Part shown: positions 8,742 to 19,603 of the stretch, one piece after another | How positions within the stretch are numbered: position 1 is the first letter of the stretch | Layout of the letters: every line of letters begins with the position of its first letter | Assembly (NCBI GenBank): GCA_965277175.1 | Contig: OZ255715.1 | Span: forward strand, 2,941,216 to 3,005,215 | From: Edaphobacter sp. | GTDB taxonomy: Bacteria; Acidobacteriota; Terriglobia; Terriglobales; Acidobacteriaceae | Direction: 5' to 3' | DNA: 64,000 nt | The notes under the pieces: generated by a model | What the model was told of the DNA's origin: nothing | The model's input: only the letters and a program-made list of their open reading frames with translations | The model's database searches: none | Translations under genes and position numbers: made by a program

Positions 8742-9767
8742 ATGAACACGACGATCTATCTGGCTACCGACTGCGGCTTAGCTGTAATCACAGACTCCAA
8801 TGGATTCTGGCGAGGGATGATCCGCCTCGCAGGTAAGCAAGTTCAGTGTGTTGTCGTCGATCGAGATCGAGAAGGGACTGTTTATTGCGGAACGTTTGGC
8901 GATGGTTTATTCCGAAGCCACGACGGCGGTACGACTTGGAAGAAATCTAGTTTGGCCACTCCCAACGTGATGGCCCTAGCCTCTTCTAACGACTGCGTTC
9001 TTCACGCAGGGACGGAGCTCAGCGCAGTCCATCGATCTGACGATCGTGGCCAAACCTGGCGTGAACTGCAGACGCTAACAACGCTGCCTTCAGCGAACGA
9101 ATGGAACTTCCCTCCTCGCCCCAAAACGCATCATGTCCAAGCGATTTTACCGAGCTTGGCCAAGCCGGATCGTCTGCACGTCGCCGTAGAGGCCGGGGCG
9201 CTACTGCTGAGCAATGATGCGGGAAGCACATGGCGCGACCGAGTTTCAAGCGGTCCGCGAGACACCCATTCTCTTGCGGTCCATCCACAAGATGCTGCAC
9301 GGCTCCACTCGGCGGCAGGTGACGGATACTTCCAAAGCATCGATGATGGCGATAGCTGGCGACGCAGCAGAGACGGCTTGGAGCATGAATACTGTTGGAG
9401 CGTCGCGGTGAGCATGGAGAATTCCTCTACTGTTCTGCTGTCTGCTTCAAACAACGCTTACGCGGCGCATTACAAGCAGACAGCCAGCTCCTACGTTTAT
9501 CGCAGTACAGGCACCGAAGCCTGGAGGCAAGTGCGGGATGGACTCCCTGAGCCGAAAGGATTACGGATCCCAGTCCTGGCGTCGAGCCGTATCGAACCCG
9601 GGGTTTTCTACATGTCCGCTGAGGGGAGAGTATATCGGTCTTCGGACAGCGGCTTGCGATGGCAAGAGCTGACAGTTCAGTGGGAAAGCAAAGAGACGGC
9701 TCGGCACGCGAGCAATATGACCATCAAAGAAGAGAGCTTTAAAAACGAACAGAGAGGTGAAGAATGA
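8742..9767 (+). CDS. BNR/Asp-box repeat beta-propeller protein
   Basis: Repeated S-x-D-x-G-x-T/S-W boxes (RSHDGGTTW, RSDDRGQTW, SNDAGSTW, SIDDGDSW, RSSDSGLRW). Confidence 0.8.
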   Translation: MNTTIYLATDCGLAVITDSNGFWRGMIRLAGKQVQCVVVDRDREGTVYCGTFGDGLFRSHDGGTTWKKSSLATPNVMALASSNDCVLHAGTELSAVHRSDDRGQTWRELQTLTTLPSANEWNFPPRPKTHHVQAILPSLAKPDRLHVAVEAGALLLSNDAGSTWRDRVSSGPRDTHSLAVHPQDAARLHSAAGDGYFQSIDDGDSWRRSRDGLEHEYCWSVAVSMENSSTVLLSASNNAYAAHYKQTASSYVYRSTGTEAWRQVRDGLPEPKGLRIPVLASSRIEPGVFYMSAEGRVYRSSDSGLRWQELTVQWESKETARHASNMTIKEESFKNEQRGEE

Positions 9768-10390
9768 AAGTCTTGGTGTTTGGCGCATTGGGAAAAACAG
9801 GTAAGGCTGTTGTGGAACGGGCCGTGATCGCCGGACATGAAGTGACGGCGTTTGTACGAATCTCTGATGGAGCTAACGCACTCAACGTGATCGTTGCAAA
9901 TGGAGACGCCACCAACCGTTCGGACGTGGACGCAGCAATGCGTGGGCAGCAAGCAGTGATCGATACGATTGGCGGTAAGACGCCATGGAAGCACACCACG
10001 TTGGAAGCCACCGCCGCCGGCACGATCGTCGCCTCCATGAAAGCAAACGGCGTCCGCCGGTTGCTGGTTACATCCATGTTAGGCGTTGGGGACAGCAAAA
10101 AGAACGCCCCGCTATTTGTGCGCCTACTGCTGCCGACCTTCCTTCGCGGCGCGGACAAAGACAAGTCAGCGATGGAGGTCGCCGTCGAGGCTAGTGGTCT
10201 AGATTGGACGATATTACGGCCTGCGATCTTAACGGACGATGTCGCGACCGGCCATGTGCGCGTGTTGCAGGAGGGAACGCTTGAGAAGGTACACAAGATT
10301 ACTCGCGAAGATGTGGCGAGCTTCCTGGTCGACCAGCTTTCAAGCAAGGTCTACAGCAACCGATTCCTGACTATCGGAAACGTAGAGTAG
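9764..10390 (+). CDS. NAD(P)H-binding protein (BVR-B/flavin reductase-like)
   Basis: GALGKTG Rossmann motif, DWTILRP, ITREDVA; ATGA overlap with the upstream gene. Confidence 0.88.
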   Translation: MKVLVFGALGKTGKAVVERAVIAGHEVTAFVRISDGANALNVIVANGDATNRSDVDAAMRGQQAVIDTIGGKTPWKHTTLEATAAGTIVASMKANGVRRLLVTSMLGVGDSKKNAPLFVRLLLPTFLRGADKDKSAMEVAVEASGLDWTILRPAILTDDVATGHVRVLQEGTLEKVHKITREDVASFLVDQLSSKVYSNRFLTIGNVE

Positions 10391-10919
10391 CGCCCAGTGT
10401 GAGCATCTCTGTCGATTGAACTTTTGGGCGCAGCGAAGGCCTGCAGAAGCGCAGCGCGGAAGATTAGAGTGCCTCTTGCGCGCGCCAGAGCCGGAGCCTC
10501 TCAGGAAGGCTTGGCTTCCTTGTAGGGCGCGTAGCGCAAGAAGATGCGTTTGGCTGTTGTGGTTTCTTATGAGGGTCAGCGTTGCGGGCAGGAACGGGCC
10601 CGTCAATCTCACGTCAGGAGTCTTTGCCATCTCCACGCGGTTTGGGCTCGGCAGCGAATGTCTCGAATGACTTCAGCGCGTATCCTGTGACGCGCTGAAC
10701 TTTCTGCCTAAGCTGCTTAACTTCTGATCCGCCCGCGATCCGCGTTTGGAAGAACGTGATCCTCAATAGTCACGTTGCTCTCCTGTAGAGGTGTTCTTGA
10801 TGGGTCTGTTGCCAGACATCGTGCGACATTCCTCCATTTGGCCAAATGGTGACGTTAGAGGGGTTCTAAGCAGTGTGGCGCTTCCCGCATCCACTCTCTT
10901 GATCTTGGCGACGTATCGC

Positions 10920-11285
10920 TCAGCGCGTGAAGGCCATCGCGAGCACGAGAATCCCAAAAACGATCACCATGAACTTGGGCTGTGGGTATTCGATGAAGAG
11001 CATTCCGATAGCAAGCCATGCCGCCGCTGCCACCACGCAGAGCAAGATCGCCGGCCATTGTCCCAGCACTTCAATCGCTTGACGTGCGATGAGAAGTCCG
11101 AGGATACCGAAGAGGATTTGCCCAAGGGCGTACGCCGTGTTCAATCCGTAATACAACGTCGTATCGGGCCCTGGAACGCGTTTGTCGCGCAAGTATTGGG
11201 CTAGGACGTCGATAACGAAGTGCATTGTGCCGGCGAAGGTTAGCCAACCAAACGCGACATACGCGGAGATCTTATGTAAGGACAT
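10920..11285 (-). CDS. Small 4-TM membrane protein, function unknown
   Basis: Hydrophobic ORF with an RBS, co-oriented behind the epimerase gene. Confidence 0.65.
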   Translation of the reverse strand: MSLHKISAYVAFGWLTFAGTMHFVIDVLAQYLRDKRVPGPDTTLYYGLNTAYALGQILFGILGLLIARQAIEVLGQWPAILLCVVAAAAWLAIGMLFIEYPQPKFMVIVFGILVLAMAFTR

Positions 11286-11344
11286 CTGCTTCCTTCCGGT
11301 TTGCGGGTGTAGCGCGACCCCGTGAACACTCAACCCAACTCAAC

Positions 11345-12364
11345 TCAAACGGCTCCGACGGCAATGGCGCTCCTAGCGGAATCTACGACTGCTATTCGTG
11401 CTGAGCGCGGCTTCCAGCCCAATACGGCTTCTGCCTTGGCAGAGGTAAATACGTGCTTCCGGCCCAGAAGCGGTACGACAAACTTCATTTGGCGATTGAA
11501 GAGCGCGACGATCCTTAGCACGAAGTCGGGCATCGCCTTTGTTGGCACCTTCTTAGCCCTATCGCCCAACTCCGAACGCAGGAAGTGTGCGACATCGGCC
11601 ATCCACACCCAATCGCTTGCGGCAATGAATCGCTGTCCTGCGGCTTCCGGAGCGGTCATGGCGCGGATGTGCAAGTCGACTACATCGCGAATGTCTACAA
11701 CGCAAAACCCGATGTGAGGAAACCTAGGCAAACCCCCGCTCAGCATCCGCAGAGCCAGGTGCGCAGAATGAAGGTTTTCCTTGTTGAGAACAGGGCCGAT
11801 CACGGCAGACGGCAGGATCGTGGTGAGAGTCGTTGATCCCGTCTGACTCGCCATGAAGTCCCAGGCGGACCGCTCGGCCAGGGTCTTGGCGAGACGGTAA
11901 GGGCCGAGATCGGGATCGTTTGTGTCGGTCCAGATGCTCTCGTCAGTCACGGAGTCTGGTGCCGTCATGGGAGGTCTGCAAGCCTCGATTGCGGAGGTCA
12001 TCACGACGCGCTCAACCTTGGCACGGCAGGCAGCGCGAAGGACGCGAAGAGCGCCATCGCGCGTAGGAACAATTAGGACATTCGGATCACGGGGAGCCTC
12101 GACGCCCACCGGAGCGGCGATGTGGAGAACATACGCGCTCCCAGCGACGGCAGCGTCCCAGCCCTCGTCGCTGGTAAGGTCGGCCGCGAAGAACGATAGT
12201 CGGTCGCCGGGCTCAACTGCGGTAGAAACCTGCCTACGAACTGCCGCCTCCTTGTCCCGGCTGCGCAATGTTGTGCGAACGATATAGCCCCGTTTGAGCA
12301 GATCAACTATGGCCCAACTCGCTATAGAACCGCTTCCACCAGTCACCAATACTGTCTTCGACAT
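11345..12364 (-). CDS. NAD-dependent epimerase/dehydratase (aldehyde reductase/DFR-like extended SDR)
   Basis: TGGSGSIA, HIAAP, YRLAK (YxxxK), VDIRDV. Confidence 0.9.
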   Translation of the reverse strand: MSKTVLVTGGSGSIASWAIVDLLKRGYIVRTTLRSRDKEAAVRRQVSTAVEPGDRLSFFAADLTSDEGWDAAVAGSAYVLHIAAPVGVEAPRDPNVLIVPTRDGALRVLRAACRAKVERVVMTSAIEACRPPMTAPDSVTDESIWTDTNDPDLGPYRLAKTLAERSAWDFMASQTGSTTLTTILPSAVIGPVLNKENLHSAHLALRMLSGGLPRFPHIGFCVVDIRDVVDLHIRAMTAPEAAGQRFIAASDWVWMADVAHFLRSELGDRAKKVPTKAMPDFVLRIVALFNRQMKFVVPLLGRKHVFTSAKAEAVLGWKPRSARIAVVDSARSAIAVGAV

Positions 12365-12431
12365 TGTGTTTGTTGTCTCCTTTTGTAACTTTGGGATTTC
12401 CGTTCGAAAAGCGACATATTCTTTTGATGTC

Positions 12432-12446
12432 TGTCCAGACAGTCAA
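12432..12446 (-). promoter_or_regulatory. Putative TetR operator shared with 13050-13064
   Basis: TTGACTGTCTGGACA upstream of the epimerase versus TTGACTGACTGGACG upstream of tetR. Confidence 0.5.
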
Positions 12447-12462
12447 TTTAAATACCAAAGGA

Positions 12463-13029
12463 TCAAGCCACCATGCGCCAAAAAGCCTCAAAGCCTTCCT
12501 TACAGTGCTTCTTGGCGTGTGCTGCATCCTGAGTCATGAAATCCATCGTCGCTTCTGCTACAGAGTTCATGATCGAAAAGACGAATCTCGTTGAGGTCTT
12601 CTGCATGGGACCGTTGGCGCGGCTGCGTTCCAGCAGTTCGGCAACATCTACCATGGTCTTGTGTCCGGTCGAGCGGGTCTCCGGTAAGATAGCGTCGGAG
12701 ACATCAAGCTGCGCGAGCACTCGCCTCTTCTCCGGATAAGCCACCGCCCATTCCATCCAGTTCCGCCAAACATAAAAGACTTGTTCCCGAAGTTCAGCAC
12801 TTGCAGGAACGTCCTTCATAGCAGCGCGCGCCATCTCCCCCTTCAACTCAAGGTAGAGCTCATTGAAGAGATCCGGTTTCGTCTCAAAATAGGTAAAGAG
12901 CGATCCATTGGCAACGCCGGCTTCCTTGGCGATCTCCGCCGTCGGCGCACTCAGGCCTTGCGCAACGATGATGCGCGTTGCCGCTTCCAAAAGTGCGCTC
13001 CTCTTTTCGTCGCTCTTCGGTCTAGGCAT
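12463..13029 (-). CDS. TetR/AcrR-family regulator
   Basis: IAKEAGVANGSLFTYFETK HTH. Confidence 0.92.
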   Translation of the reverse strand: MPRPKSDEKRSALLEAATRIIVAQGLSAPTAEIAKEAGVANGSLFTYFETKPDLFNELYLELKGEMARAAMKDVPASAELREQVFYVWRNWMEWAVAYPEKRRVLAQLDVSDAILPETRSTGHKTMVDVAELLERSRANGPMQKTSTRFVFSIMNSVAEATMDFMTQDAAHAKKHCKEGFEAFWRMVA

Positions 13030-13327
13030 AGAGAAACTCTATACATAAGCGTCCAGTCAGTCAACTATGGGAAACTTGGCAGCTTACACCAGCGTGTATC
13101 GCGTCCGAACTTCTGCCAAGTCGGCAGGCATCACGTCTCCGCCATTCGTAGCGATAAACGCGCGTAGCGGAAGTAATCCGACAAGGCTGCGGTGAGGCTC
13201 AGTGAGTGCATTCGCTTGTTCACGCAGGCCAAAATTTCGCGGCAGCAGTGGACGCGAGCAGGCTAAACGTTCAGATCGAAACCATGCGCCTCAACTAGCA
13301 ACAGTTCGGGCGCATGATGTCTAATTA

Positions 13328-14074
13328 TTACGCCTGGATGCCGCCGTCGATATTCAGTATGGTCCCGGTGACGTACGACGCATCGGGACTCGCGAGGAAT
13401 ACGACGCCTGCGGCGATTTCTTCGGGACGACCGTAGCGAGCCAAGGGAACCATTGCGATCCAAGCTGCTGACCAATCGCTGTTTGCTGGGTTCATATCGG
13501 TGTCGATAAAGCCGGCCTGAACAGTGTTGACAGTTATGTTGCGCGGTGCCAGATCGCGGGCTGCAACGCGGTTGAACGCCGCGACCGCTGCCTTTGTCGC
13601 TGAATAGTCGGCTGCACCGGGAAAACCAGTGCGGGTACCAGCGCCAGAACCGATGGTGATGATGCGGCCGTGATCGGGAAGAACCTTTGCAGCAGCTCGC
13701 GTTGTGGCGAAGGTCCCATCAATGTTCACCTTGTTCTGTCGCCGCAAAGCTTCGGCGTCAACGTCTCCGCCAACAGGGCCCATCACGAAGACCGCAGCAT
13801 TGTTCACTAGGATGTCCAGCTTTCCGAACTTCGCGACGGTTGACGCTACCACTCCCTCTGCTTCAGCGATAACGCCTTGATCAGCCTTGAAAGCGAAGCC
13901 ACGAACGCCCTTCGCTTCGATCTTCTTGACGATCTCAGCTGCCTTATCCGCTGCCGAGGTATAACTAATCACGACATCCGCACCTTCTTCTGCCAACGCA
14001 AGCGCAGTAGCTGCTCCTATGCCCCGTGATCCGCCCGTAACCAATGCCACCTTGCCTGTGAGTTTTTTCGACAT
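13328..14074 (-). CDS. SDR oxidoreductase (3-oxoacyl-ACP reductase-like)
   Basis: TGGSRGIG, NNAA, YSATK, GRPEEIA, GTILNIDGG. Confidence 0.92.
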   Translation of the reverse strand: MSKKLTGKVALVTGGSRGIGAATALALAEEGADVVISYTSAADKAAEIVKKIEAKGVRGFAFKADQGVIAEAEGVVASTVAKFGKLDILVNNAAVFVMGPVGGDVDAEALRRQNKVNIDGTFATTRAAAKVLPDHGRIITIGSGAGTRTGFPGAADYSATKAAVAAFNRVAARDLAPRNITVNTVQAGFIDTDMNPANSDWSAAWIAMVPLARYGRPEEIAAGVVFLASPDASYVTGTILNIDGGIQA

Positions 14075-14285
14075 GACGTTCTCCTTTTCGGGCAGCAATC
14101 TCGCGGCCTGTGGTGAGTAGATGCCATCTGGAATGAGGAGGACGCTAATTTTTGACAGATCGCTCAATAATACTCCTGAGCCAAACGGCTCAGTATTTAT
14201 GGTCGAAAGATGCTCGGAATCTTTTTCTACGATTAAACATCCGATGTATTGTTGAGTGACTGCTAATAAAAGGATTGACTGACTT

Positions 14286-14906
14286 GTGGTTAAGGCTAGG
14301 TTGTCAAAACCGGTAGGGCGTCCACGGTTGTTTGATGAGGCTTCTGTCGTGGATCAAGCAATCCGTGTCTTTTGGGAGCGAGGTTTCGAAGGGGCTTCTC
14401 TCAGCGAACTCACGCATGCGATGGGAATCAAGCCCGGCAGCCTATATGTAGCATTTGGCAATAAGCAAGAGCTTTTCAGGATGGCGCTGCGACGCTACCT
14501 TGCCACAGAAGTGTCGTTTATCCAAGATGCCTTGAATGAACCAACTGCCTTTGGAGTTGTGCAACGCCTTTTGCGGGAGTCTGCTCTCTTCCTTAGCCGG
14601 CCCGGATTTCCGCGTGGCTGCATGACCATTCAGGCGTCTCAAGTGATAACGGAAGAGGGCGCAGAAGTTCATAAAGAACTTCTTGAGCTGCGCGTCAGAT
14701 CCCAGAAGCAACTCCGTGATCGATTATCACGGGCCAAACGTGAAGGAGATCTCCCAGCTGATTCGCACCCGGATAGCCTTGCACGTTTCGTCGTTGCGGT
14801 CTACCAAGGAATGACGGTGCAGAGTGTGAATGGAGCGAGCCGAAAAGATCTTCTCGATCTGGCGGAAACCTCGCTGTCAGTGTGGCCAATGCTGAAAGTA
14901 GCCTGA
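14286..14906 (+). CDS. TetR/AcrR-family regulator
   Basis: GRPR start, AMGIKPGSLYVAFGNK HTH, RGCM; divergent from the SDR. Confidence 0.92.
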   Translation: MVKARLSKPVGRPRLFDEASVVDQAIRVFWERGFEGASLSELTHAMGIKPGSLYVAFGNKQELFRMALRRYLATEVSFIQDALNEPTAFGVVQRLLRESALFLSRPGFPRGCMTIQASQVITEEGAEVHKELLELRVRSQKQLRDRLSRAKREGDLPADSHPDSLARFVVAVYQGMTVQSVNGASRKDLLDLAETSLSVWPMLKVA

Positions 14907-15011
14907 AATCCCCGCAGAGAAAGGGAACTGCATCATTCCCGCGAGCCGACTTATGGGGTTGAGTAACGAATTCCATAGGCCGACCCGCTGAAGCGACCAC
15001 CTTCTCAGTCA

Positions 15012-15773
15012 CTAATCGTGCATGCCAGCGAACATGTCGAGGAACTCCTGATACTTGCCATCCTTCTCTGCAGTGCGCAGAGGTTTGACTCTGTCGACGA
15101 GAATCTCTCCCTTTTCGATGGTGTTGCTTTCCAAGATCTGCATAACCTCCTTGGTGAAATCCTCGAGAGGCATGGCACGCGGATCGCTGGCCTGCTGCGG
15201 ACCTCCGAGCTCTGTTTGTACGTAAGGCGGCGCGAGTTCTAGAACTTCAACGCTGGTCTTCCGCAGTTGCATACGAAGTGCGTCGAGCCAGTTGTGCATG
15301 AAAGCCTTGGTCGCGCTGTAAACCGGACCTGGCGGGTAGGGGACGAATGCAAGCCCTGAAGTGGTCACGATCAGCGTGGATTTTGGCTGCGCACGCAACG
15401 TGGGAAGCAGGGCAGCCGACAATTGCACCACGCCGGTGATGTTGGTCTGAATCGTGCTGTACGCGCGTGTTAGGTCGATTGAATCCGCCGTATAGTCCTC
15501 TACGCCGGCGATACCTGCGTTGTTGACCAAAACATTCAATCCACGAAACTGACTCTTCACAGATTCGGCGAACTTCGCGATGACCGCACTGTCACTGAGG
15601 TCCACGGCGATACCGACCATGCCAGAATTGCGGCCTGTGACCTCGTCAAGCAGCACCTGCCGCCGTCCAGCGATGATGACCCGATTTCCTTTGCCGTGCA
15701 GCGCTTCAGCAAGTGCGCGGCCGATGCCGCTGGTTCCTCCGGTTACTAGGATTGTGTTGCCTGAAATGTTCAT
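15012..15773 (-). CDS. SDR oxidoreductase (DltE-like)
   Basis: TGGTSGIG, NNAGI, YSATK, VEVLELAPP; RBS GGAG upstream of ATG 15773. Confidence 0.9.
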   Translation of the reverse strand: MNISGNTILVTGGTSGIGRALAEALHGKGNRVIIAGRRQVLLDEVTGRNSGMVGIAVDLSDSAVIAKFAESVKSQFRGLNVLVNNAGIAGVEDYTADSIDLTRAYSTIQTNITGVVQLSAALLPTLRAQPKSTLIVTTSGLAFVPYPPGPVYSATKAFMHNWLDALRMQLRKTSVEVLELAPPYVQTELGGPQQASDPRAMPLEDFTKEVMQILESNTIEKGEILVDRVKPLRTAEKDGKYQEFLDMFAGMHD

Positions 15774-15883
15774 TGTCACTCCCTGTCGTACTAGATGCAT
15801 CATGGTGCACATTGGACTTGCCCTTTTTGCTGAGGCGGTCAGTTCTTCTAGACCCGCTTCTCGGCAGTCTTTCAACGGTTGGA

Positions 15884-16804
15884 TTACTTCCGACAGGAAC
15901 CAATTACATGGCCGTTAGTACCGGAGGCCGCGCGAAGACGTTCTATGTCCTGCATGGGAGGAACGCCGAAGAACCGCCGATACTCCCGGCTGAACTGCGA
16001 GGCGCTTTCGTAGCCAACACGCCGGCTTGCAGTGGCGGCATCAATCGCTTCCGAAAGCAGCATACGACGGGCATCCTGAAGCCGGAGCTGCTTTTGATAC
16101 TGTAGCGGGCTCATGGAAGTTACGGCGCGGAACCAGCTATGCATGGCAGAGGGGCTCATACGCATCTCACGGGCAAGCTCTTCCATCCTGATGACGCGCG
16201 CAGCATTGCGCTTGAGCCACGCCAGACCGGTGGCGACGCGCTGGACTTTCCCGTTGTCCGCGACCATCCGGCGCAGCAGGGCTCCCTGTTCGCTCAGCAG
16301 CAGCTTGTAGAAAATCTCTCGTTTGACGAGCGGCGCGAGGACGGCGATCCGGTCAGGCTTCCTGAGTAGCGACCCGAGTCGTGTGACGGCATCCAGCAAA
16401 TCGTCATCCATCGAACCGATCACGAGGCCGGGTCGCAGAGGAGGAGCCGTTTCGTGAGGCAGGTCTGCTTGGCGCATGAGCGAAGCAATCTCATCGAAGT
16501 CGAGTACCAGGCTGAGCCCCAAGAACGGCTTGGCACGGCTGGCTTCCTCAATCTGACCCACGAGCGGCAGGTCAAGCGAAACGAGCAGATACTTATGGGG
16601 ATCGTAGAGGAATCGTTGTTCGTTCAGCAGAACGGACTTTGCCCCTTGCGCGACTACACAGAACACGGCTTGTTGCAGCGAGGTTCGCGGAACTGCGGTA
16701 GTGGAGTATCGGGTAACAAATAGGCCTTCAATCCCGGTCGCGTGAGAACCCTCTCGTGGGCAAACTTCGTCGATTAGTCCAGTCAGTGAGGTCATAGTGC
16801 GCAT
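15884..16804 (-). CDS. AraC-family regulator (AraC_N-type sensor domain)
   Basis: QGAKSV sensor region; MSPLQYQKQLRLQDAR and GYESASQFSREY. Confidence 0.92.
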   Translation of the reverse strand: MRTMTSLTGLIDEVCPREGSHATGIEGLFVTRYSTTAVPRTSLQQAVFCVVAQGAKSVLLNEQRFLYDPHKYLLVSLDLPLVGQIEEASRAKPFLGLSLVLDFDEIASLMRQADLPHETAPPLRPGLVIGSMDDDLLDAVTRLGSLLRKPDRIAVLAPLVKREIFYKLLLSEQGALLRRMVADNGKVQRVATGLAWLKRNAARVIRMEELAREMRMSPSAMHSWFRAVTSMSPLQYQKQLRLQDARRMLLSEAIDAATASRRVGYESASQFSREYRRFFGVPPMQDIERLRAASGTNGHVIGSCRK

Positions 16805-16945
16805 AGTGTTTTCTCTCTACATTGGACGCCAAAGCGAAACTCCTGATCCATCATTTTGTCGGAATAGGCAATACTTCTGTCGGATCGTTCAATTCAACAT
16901 AAGCAGCCAGGTCGTCTAACACTCAGGTTCGAAGGAGCGTCACGA

Positions 16946-17686
16946 ATGGGAAAGCTGGATGGAAAGATCGCACTGATCACGGGCGGAAGTGAAGGAATGG
17001 GCTTCGACACGGCAAAGGAGTTCCTGCGCGAGGGAGCGTTCGTGTTTGTCACAGCGCGTAGGAAGCCCGAACTTGACGAGGCTGTCAAAGAGCTTGGGGA
17101 AGGCGCGGCGGCAATCCAGGCGGACTCTGGGAAGCTGGACGATCTCGACCGAATGTATGCCGAAATCAAAGAGAAAAAGGGCAAGCTCGACGTTGTGTTT
17201 GCAAATGCCGGCATTTATGAACAGATGCCCTACGACAAGGTGAGCGAAGATTTCTACGACAGGTGCGCCGACATCAATGCAAAAGGGGTCTTCTTTACGA
17301 TTCAGAAGGCGATCCCATTGATGGACAAGAACGGTTCCATCATCTTGAATGGCTCCTTCATCGGCAGCTCGGGATTCCCCGGCATGGCTGTCTACGGAGC
17401 GACCAAGGCCTCTGTTCGCAGCTTTGCGCGGACGTTCACAGCGGAGTTAAAGGGCGTGGGTCCGCGCGTGAATGTCATCAGTCCCGGACCGATCGATACG
17501 GCTGGCAATTCGTCCACGCTCGGCAACGTCAAGGAGGTGCGCGAGTATGTGACGGGAATGGTGCCGCGTGGGCGCATCGGTGCCGGAAGCGACATTGGCA
17601 AGGCAGCCGTCTTTCTGGCGTCCGACGCATCGAGCTTTATCGCTGGAGTCGAGTTATTCGTCGACGGTGGCGTCAGCGCCATCTAA
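16946..17686 (+). CDS. SDR oxidoreductase
   Basis: TGGSEGMG, ANAG, YGATK, ELFVDGG. Confidence 0.92.
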   Translation: MGKLDGKIALITGGSEGMGFDTAKEFLREGAFVFVTARRKPELDEAVKELGEGAAAIQADSGKLDDLDRMYAEIKEKKGKLDVVFANAGIYEQMPYDKVSEDFYDRCADINAKGVFFTIQKAIPLMDKNGSIILNGSFIGSSGFPGMAVYGATKASVRSFARTFTAELKGVGPRVNVISPGPIDTAGNSSTLGNVKEVREYVTGMVPRGRIGAGSDIGKAAVFLASDASSFIAGVELFVDGGVSAI

Positions 17687-17755
17687 GCAATGGTTAGCGC
17701 TTCGAGAGCTGGGTAAGGAAGATAGTCCCGCTGAGCTAGCAGGTGTGAGGAATCC

Positions 17756-18811
17756 ATGCAACTAACAGATCGTCGTACCCTTGGTCGTTCCGGCCTTCCG
17801 GTAAGCAACCTTGCGCTCGGCACCATGACGTTCGGGAATGCAGGCTGGGGATCTCCAGATGATGTTTCAGAGGCCATTTTCAATACATATGTTGACGCCG
17901 GGGGAAATTTCGTCGATACCGCCGATGTTTATAGCAAAGGGCGTAGCGAAGAGTTGCTCGGCCGATTCATTGGCTCACGTAAGCTCCGTGACGATATCGT
18001 TCTTGCAAGCAAATACAGCTTCAACGGAGGGAATGGTCGCAAGAATTTGCGTCGCAGCATAGAGGCTTCGCTGAAACGGTTGGGTACGGAGTACCTCGAC
18101 TTGTACTGGGTGCATGTCTGGGACGCCGTCACGCCGGCCGAGGAGCTGCTGCAATCGATGGGCGATCTCATCCATGAAGGAAAGATTCGGTACTTCGGTC
18201 TTTCCGACGTGCCCGCCTGGTATGCCACTCGTGTGGGAACGCTTGCTCAGGTTCATAACGTTCCGGGCCCGATCGCATTTCAACTGCCGTACTCGCTTGT
18301 CGAGCGTGGGATTGAACAGGAACATATACCCTGTGCGCGAGAACTCGGCATGGGAGTCGTTCCTTGGAGTCCTCTGGGAGCTGGATTTCTAACCGGCAAA
18401 TACAGCTTGAACGCTGACGGTACAGTTCCGGCGGCAGGGGGACGGCTTGATTCCGACAACCAACCCTTCCGCATGTTCAAAGAGCGGAACTGGAAAATCC
18501 TTGACGAACTACGAGCGGTCAGCGCTGAAGTAAACAAACCCGTGTCTCAGGTAGCGCTCGCCTGGGTCTCATACCGTTATAGCGTTACCGCCCCAATCTT
18601 TGGAGCCTCATCGGTGGACCAACTTCAGAGCAATCTGGCCTCCGCTGAGGTCGAATTCACTTCTATCCAACTTGAACGCTTACAACAGGTGAGCTCACTT
18701 GACCCCGGATTCTATGACCTCTTTGAAGAGAAGATCAACAGGAGCATTTTCGGGGGCAAAACGGTTGTTGATGGAATGCTCGATGCCTCTGCTCTTCGGA
18801 AGAGGATGTAG
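17756..18811 (+). CDS. Aldo/keto reductase
   Basis: LGTMTFG, DTADVY, SLKRLGTEYLDLYWVH, WSPLGAG. Confidence 0.93.
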   Translation: MQLTDRRTLGRSGLPVSNLALGTMTFGNAGWGSPDDVSEAIFNTYVDAGGNFVDTADVYSKGRSEELLGRFIGSRKLRDDIVLASKYSFNGGNGRKNLRRSIEASLKRLGTEYLDLYWVHVWDAVTPAEELLQSMGDLIHEGKIRYFGLSDVPAWYATRVGTLAQVHNVPGPIAFQLPYSLVERGIEQEHIPCARELGMGVVPWSPLGAGFLTGKYSLNADGTVPAAGGRLDSDNQPFRMFKERNWKILDELRAVSAEVNKPVSQVALAWVSYRYSVTAPIFGASSVDQLQSNLASAEVEFTSIQLERLQQVSSLDPGFYDLFEEKINRSIFGGKTVVDGMLDASALRKRM

Positions 18812-18865
18812 CCGACTAAGCCACGGGAACGCGATCGATTGCAGGTGACACCGAACTCTAGGAAC

Positions 18866-19465
18866 TTAGTTCGGCTTTGGCCGCGAGCCGTCAATGAGGA
18901 TCTCGACAATCCTGCGGGCGCTCGGCTCCCAGCCTGGCAGAGCCGTTGTGTGAAAGACGCCGACGAGGGCACGCACAAAATCGTTCGGATCGGTCTCCGA
19001 ACGCAGATCGCCGCTGTCGATGGCACGTTTGACCAACGTGACAAAGGCACTGTGGATGAGCGAGCGGGAGCCTTCCACGAGCCGCAAGGAGCCGCCCGCG
19101 ACCGTATTCATTACGGGAACGATCAGCATTTTCCCGGAGATATGGTCGATGAACAAAAACATCCACGCACGGAGCGCTTCGAGCGGCGGCATGGATGATG
19201 CGAAGCGCTGTTCGGCCGCGGCAAGCTTTTCGACTTCGCTCCGGTAAACGGCTTCGATGAGGTCGTCGCGAGTTGGAAAATGGCGATAGAGCGTGCCGGA
19301 GCCGATGCCGGATCGTCGCGCGATGTCGTCGAGGCTCGCTGCCGCGCCGTCGCGCGTGAAAATTTTCTTGGCCACCTCCAGGATGCGCTCGCGATTGCGC
19401 TCCGCGTCGGCACGGGGTTTGCGGGCAGGCTGAGGCCGCGGAAGCTTCTTTTTCAGCATCTGCAA
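18866..19465 (-). CDS. TetR/AcrR-family regulator
   Basis: RADAERNRERIL, GIGSGTLYRHFPTR. Confidence 0.92.
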   Translation of the reverse strand: MQMLKKKLPRPQPARKPRADAERNRERILEVAKKIFTRDGAAASLDDIARRSGIGSGTLYRHFPTRDDLIEAVYRSEVEKLAAAEQRFASSMPPLEALRAWMFLFIDHISGKMLIVPVMNTVAGGSLRLVEGSRSLIHSAFVTLVKRAIDSGDLRSETDPNDFVRALVGVFHTTALPGWEPSARRIVEILIDGSRPKPN

Positions 19466-19488
19466 AGTTTACAGAAATGTTTTTGCAA

Positions 19489-19530
19489 CCGGGGATACTC
19501 TCCGGATATCTTATTCGGGGACAGTCTCCG
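19489..19530. promoter_or_regulatory. Two putative TetR operators
   Basis: CCGGGGATACTCTCCGG (19489-19505) and CGGGGACAGTCTCCG (19516-19530), related imperfect palindromes in a divergent intergenic region. Confidence 0.6.
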
Positions 19531-19603
19531 CTTTACTGGCGGAGACCGGGATGCCAATCGGCACCATCATCGGCGATCGCGCCATAACCACAGGAGGATG
19601 ACC

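Noticed and set aside
19280-19603. N-terminal extension of the 405-aa ORF
   Set aside because: Overlaps the divergent tetR and its operators; the RBS supports a start at 19604.
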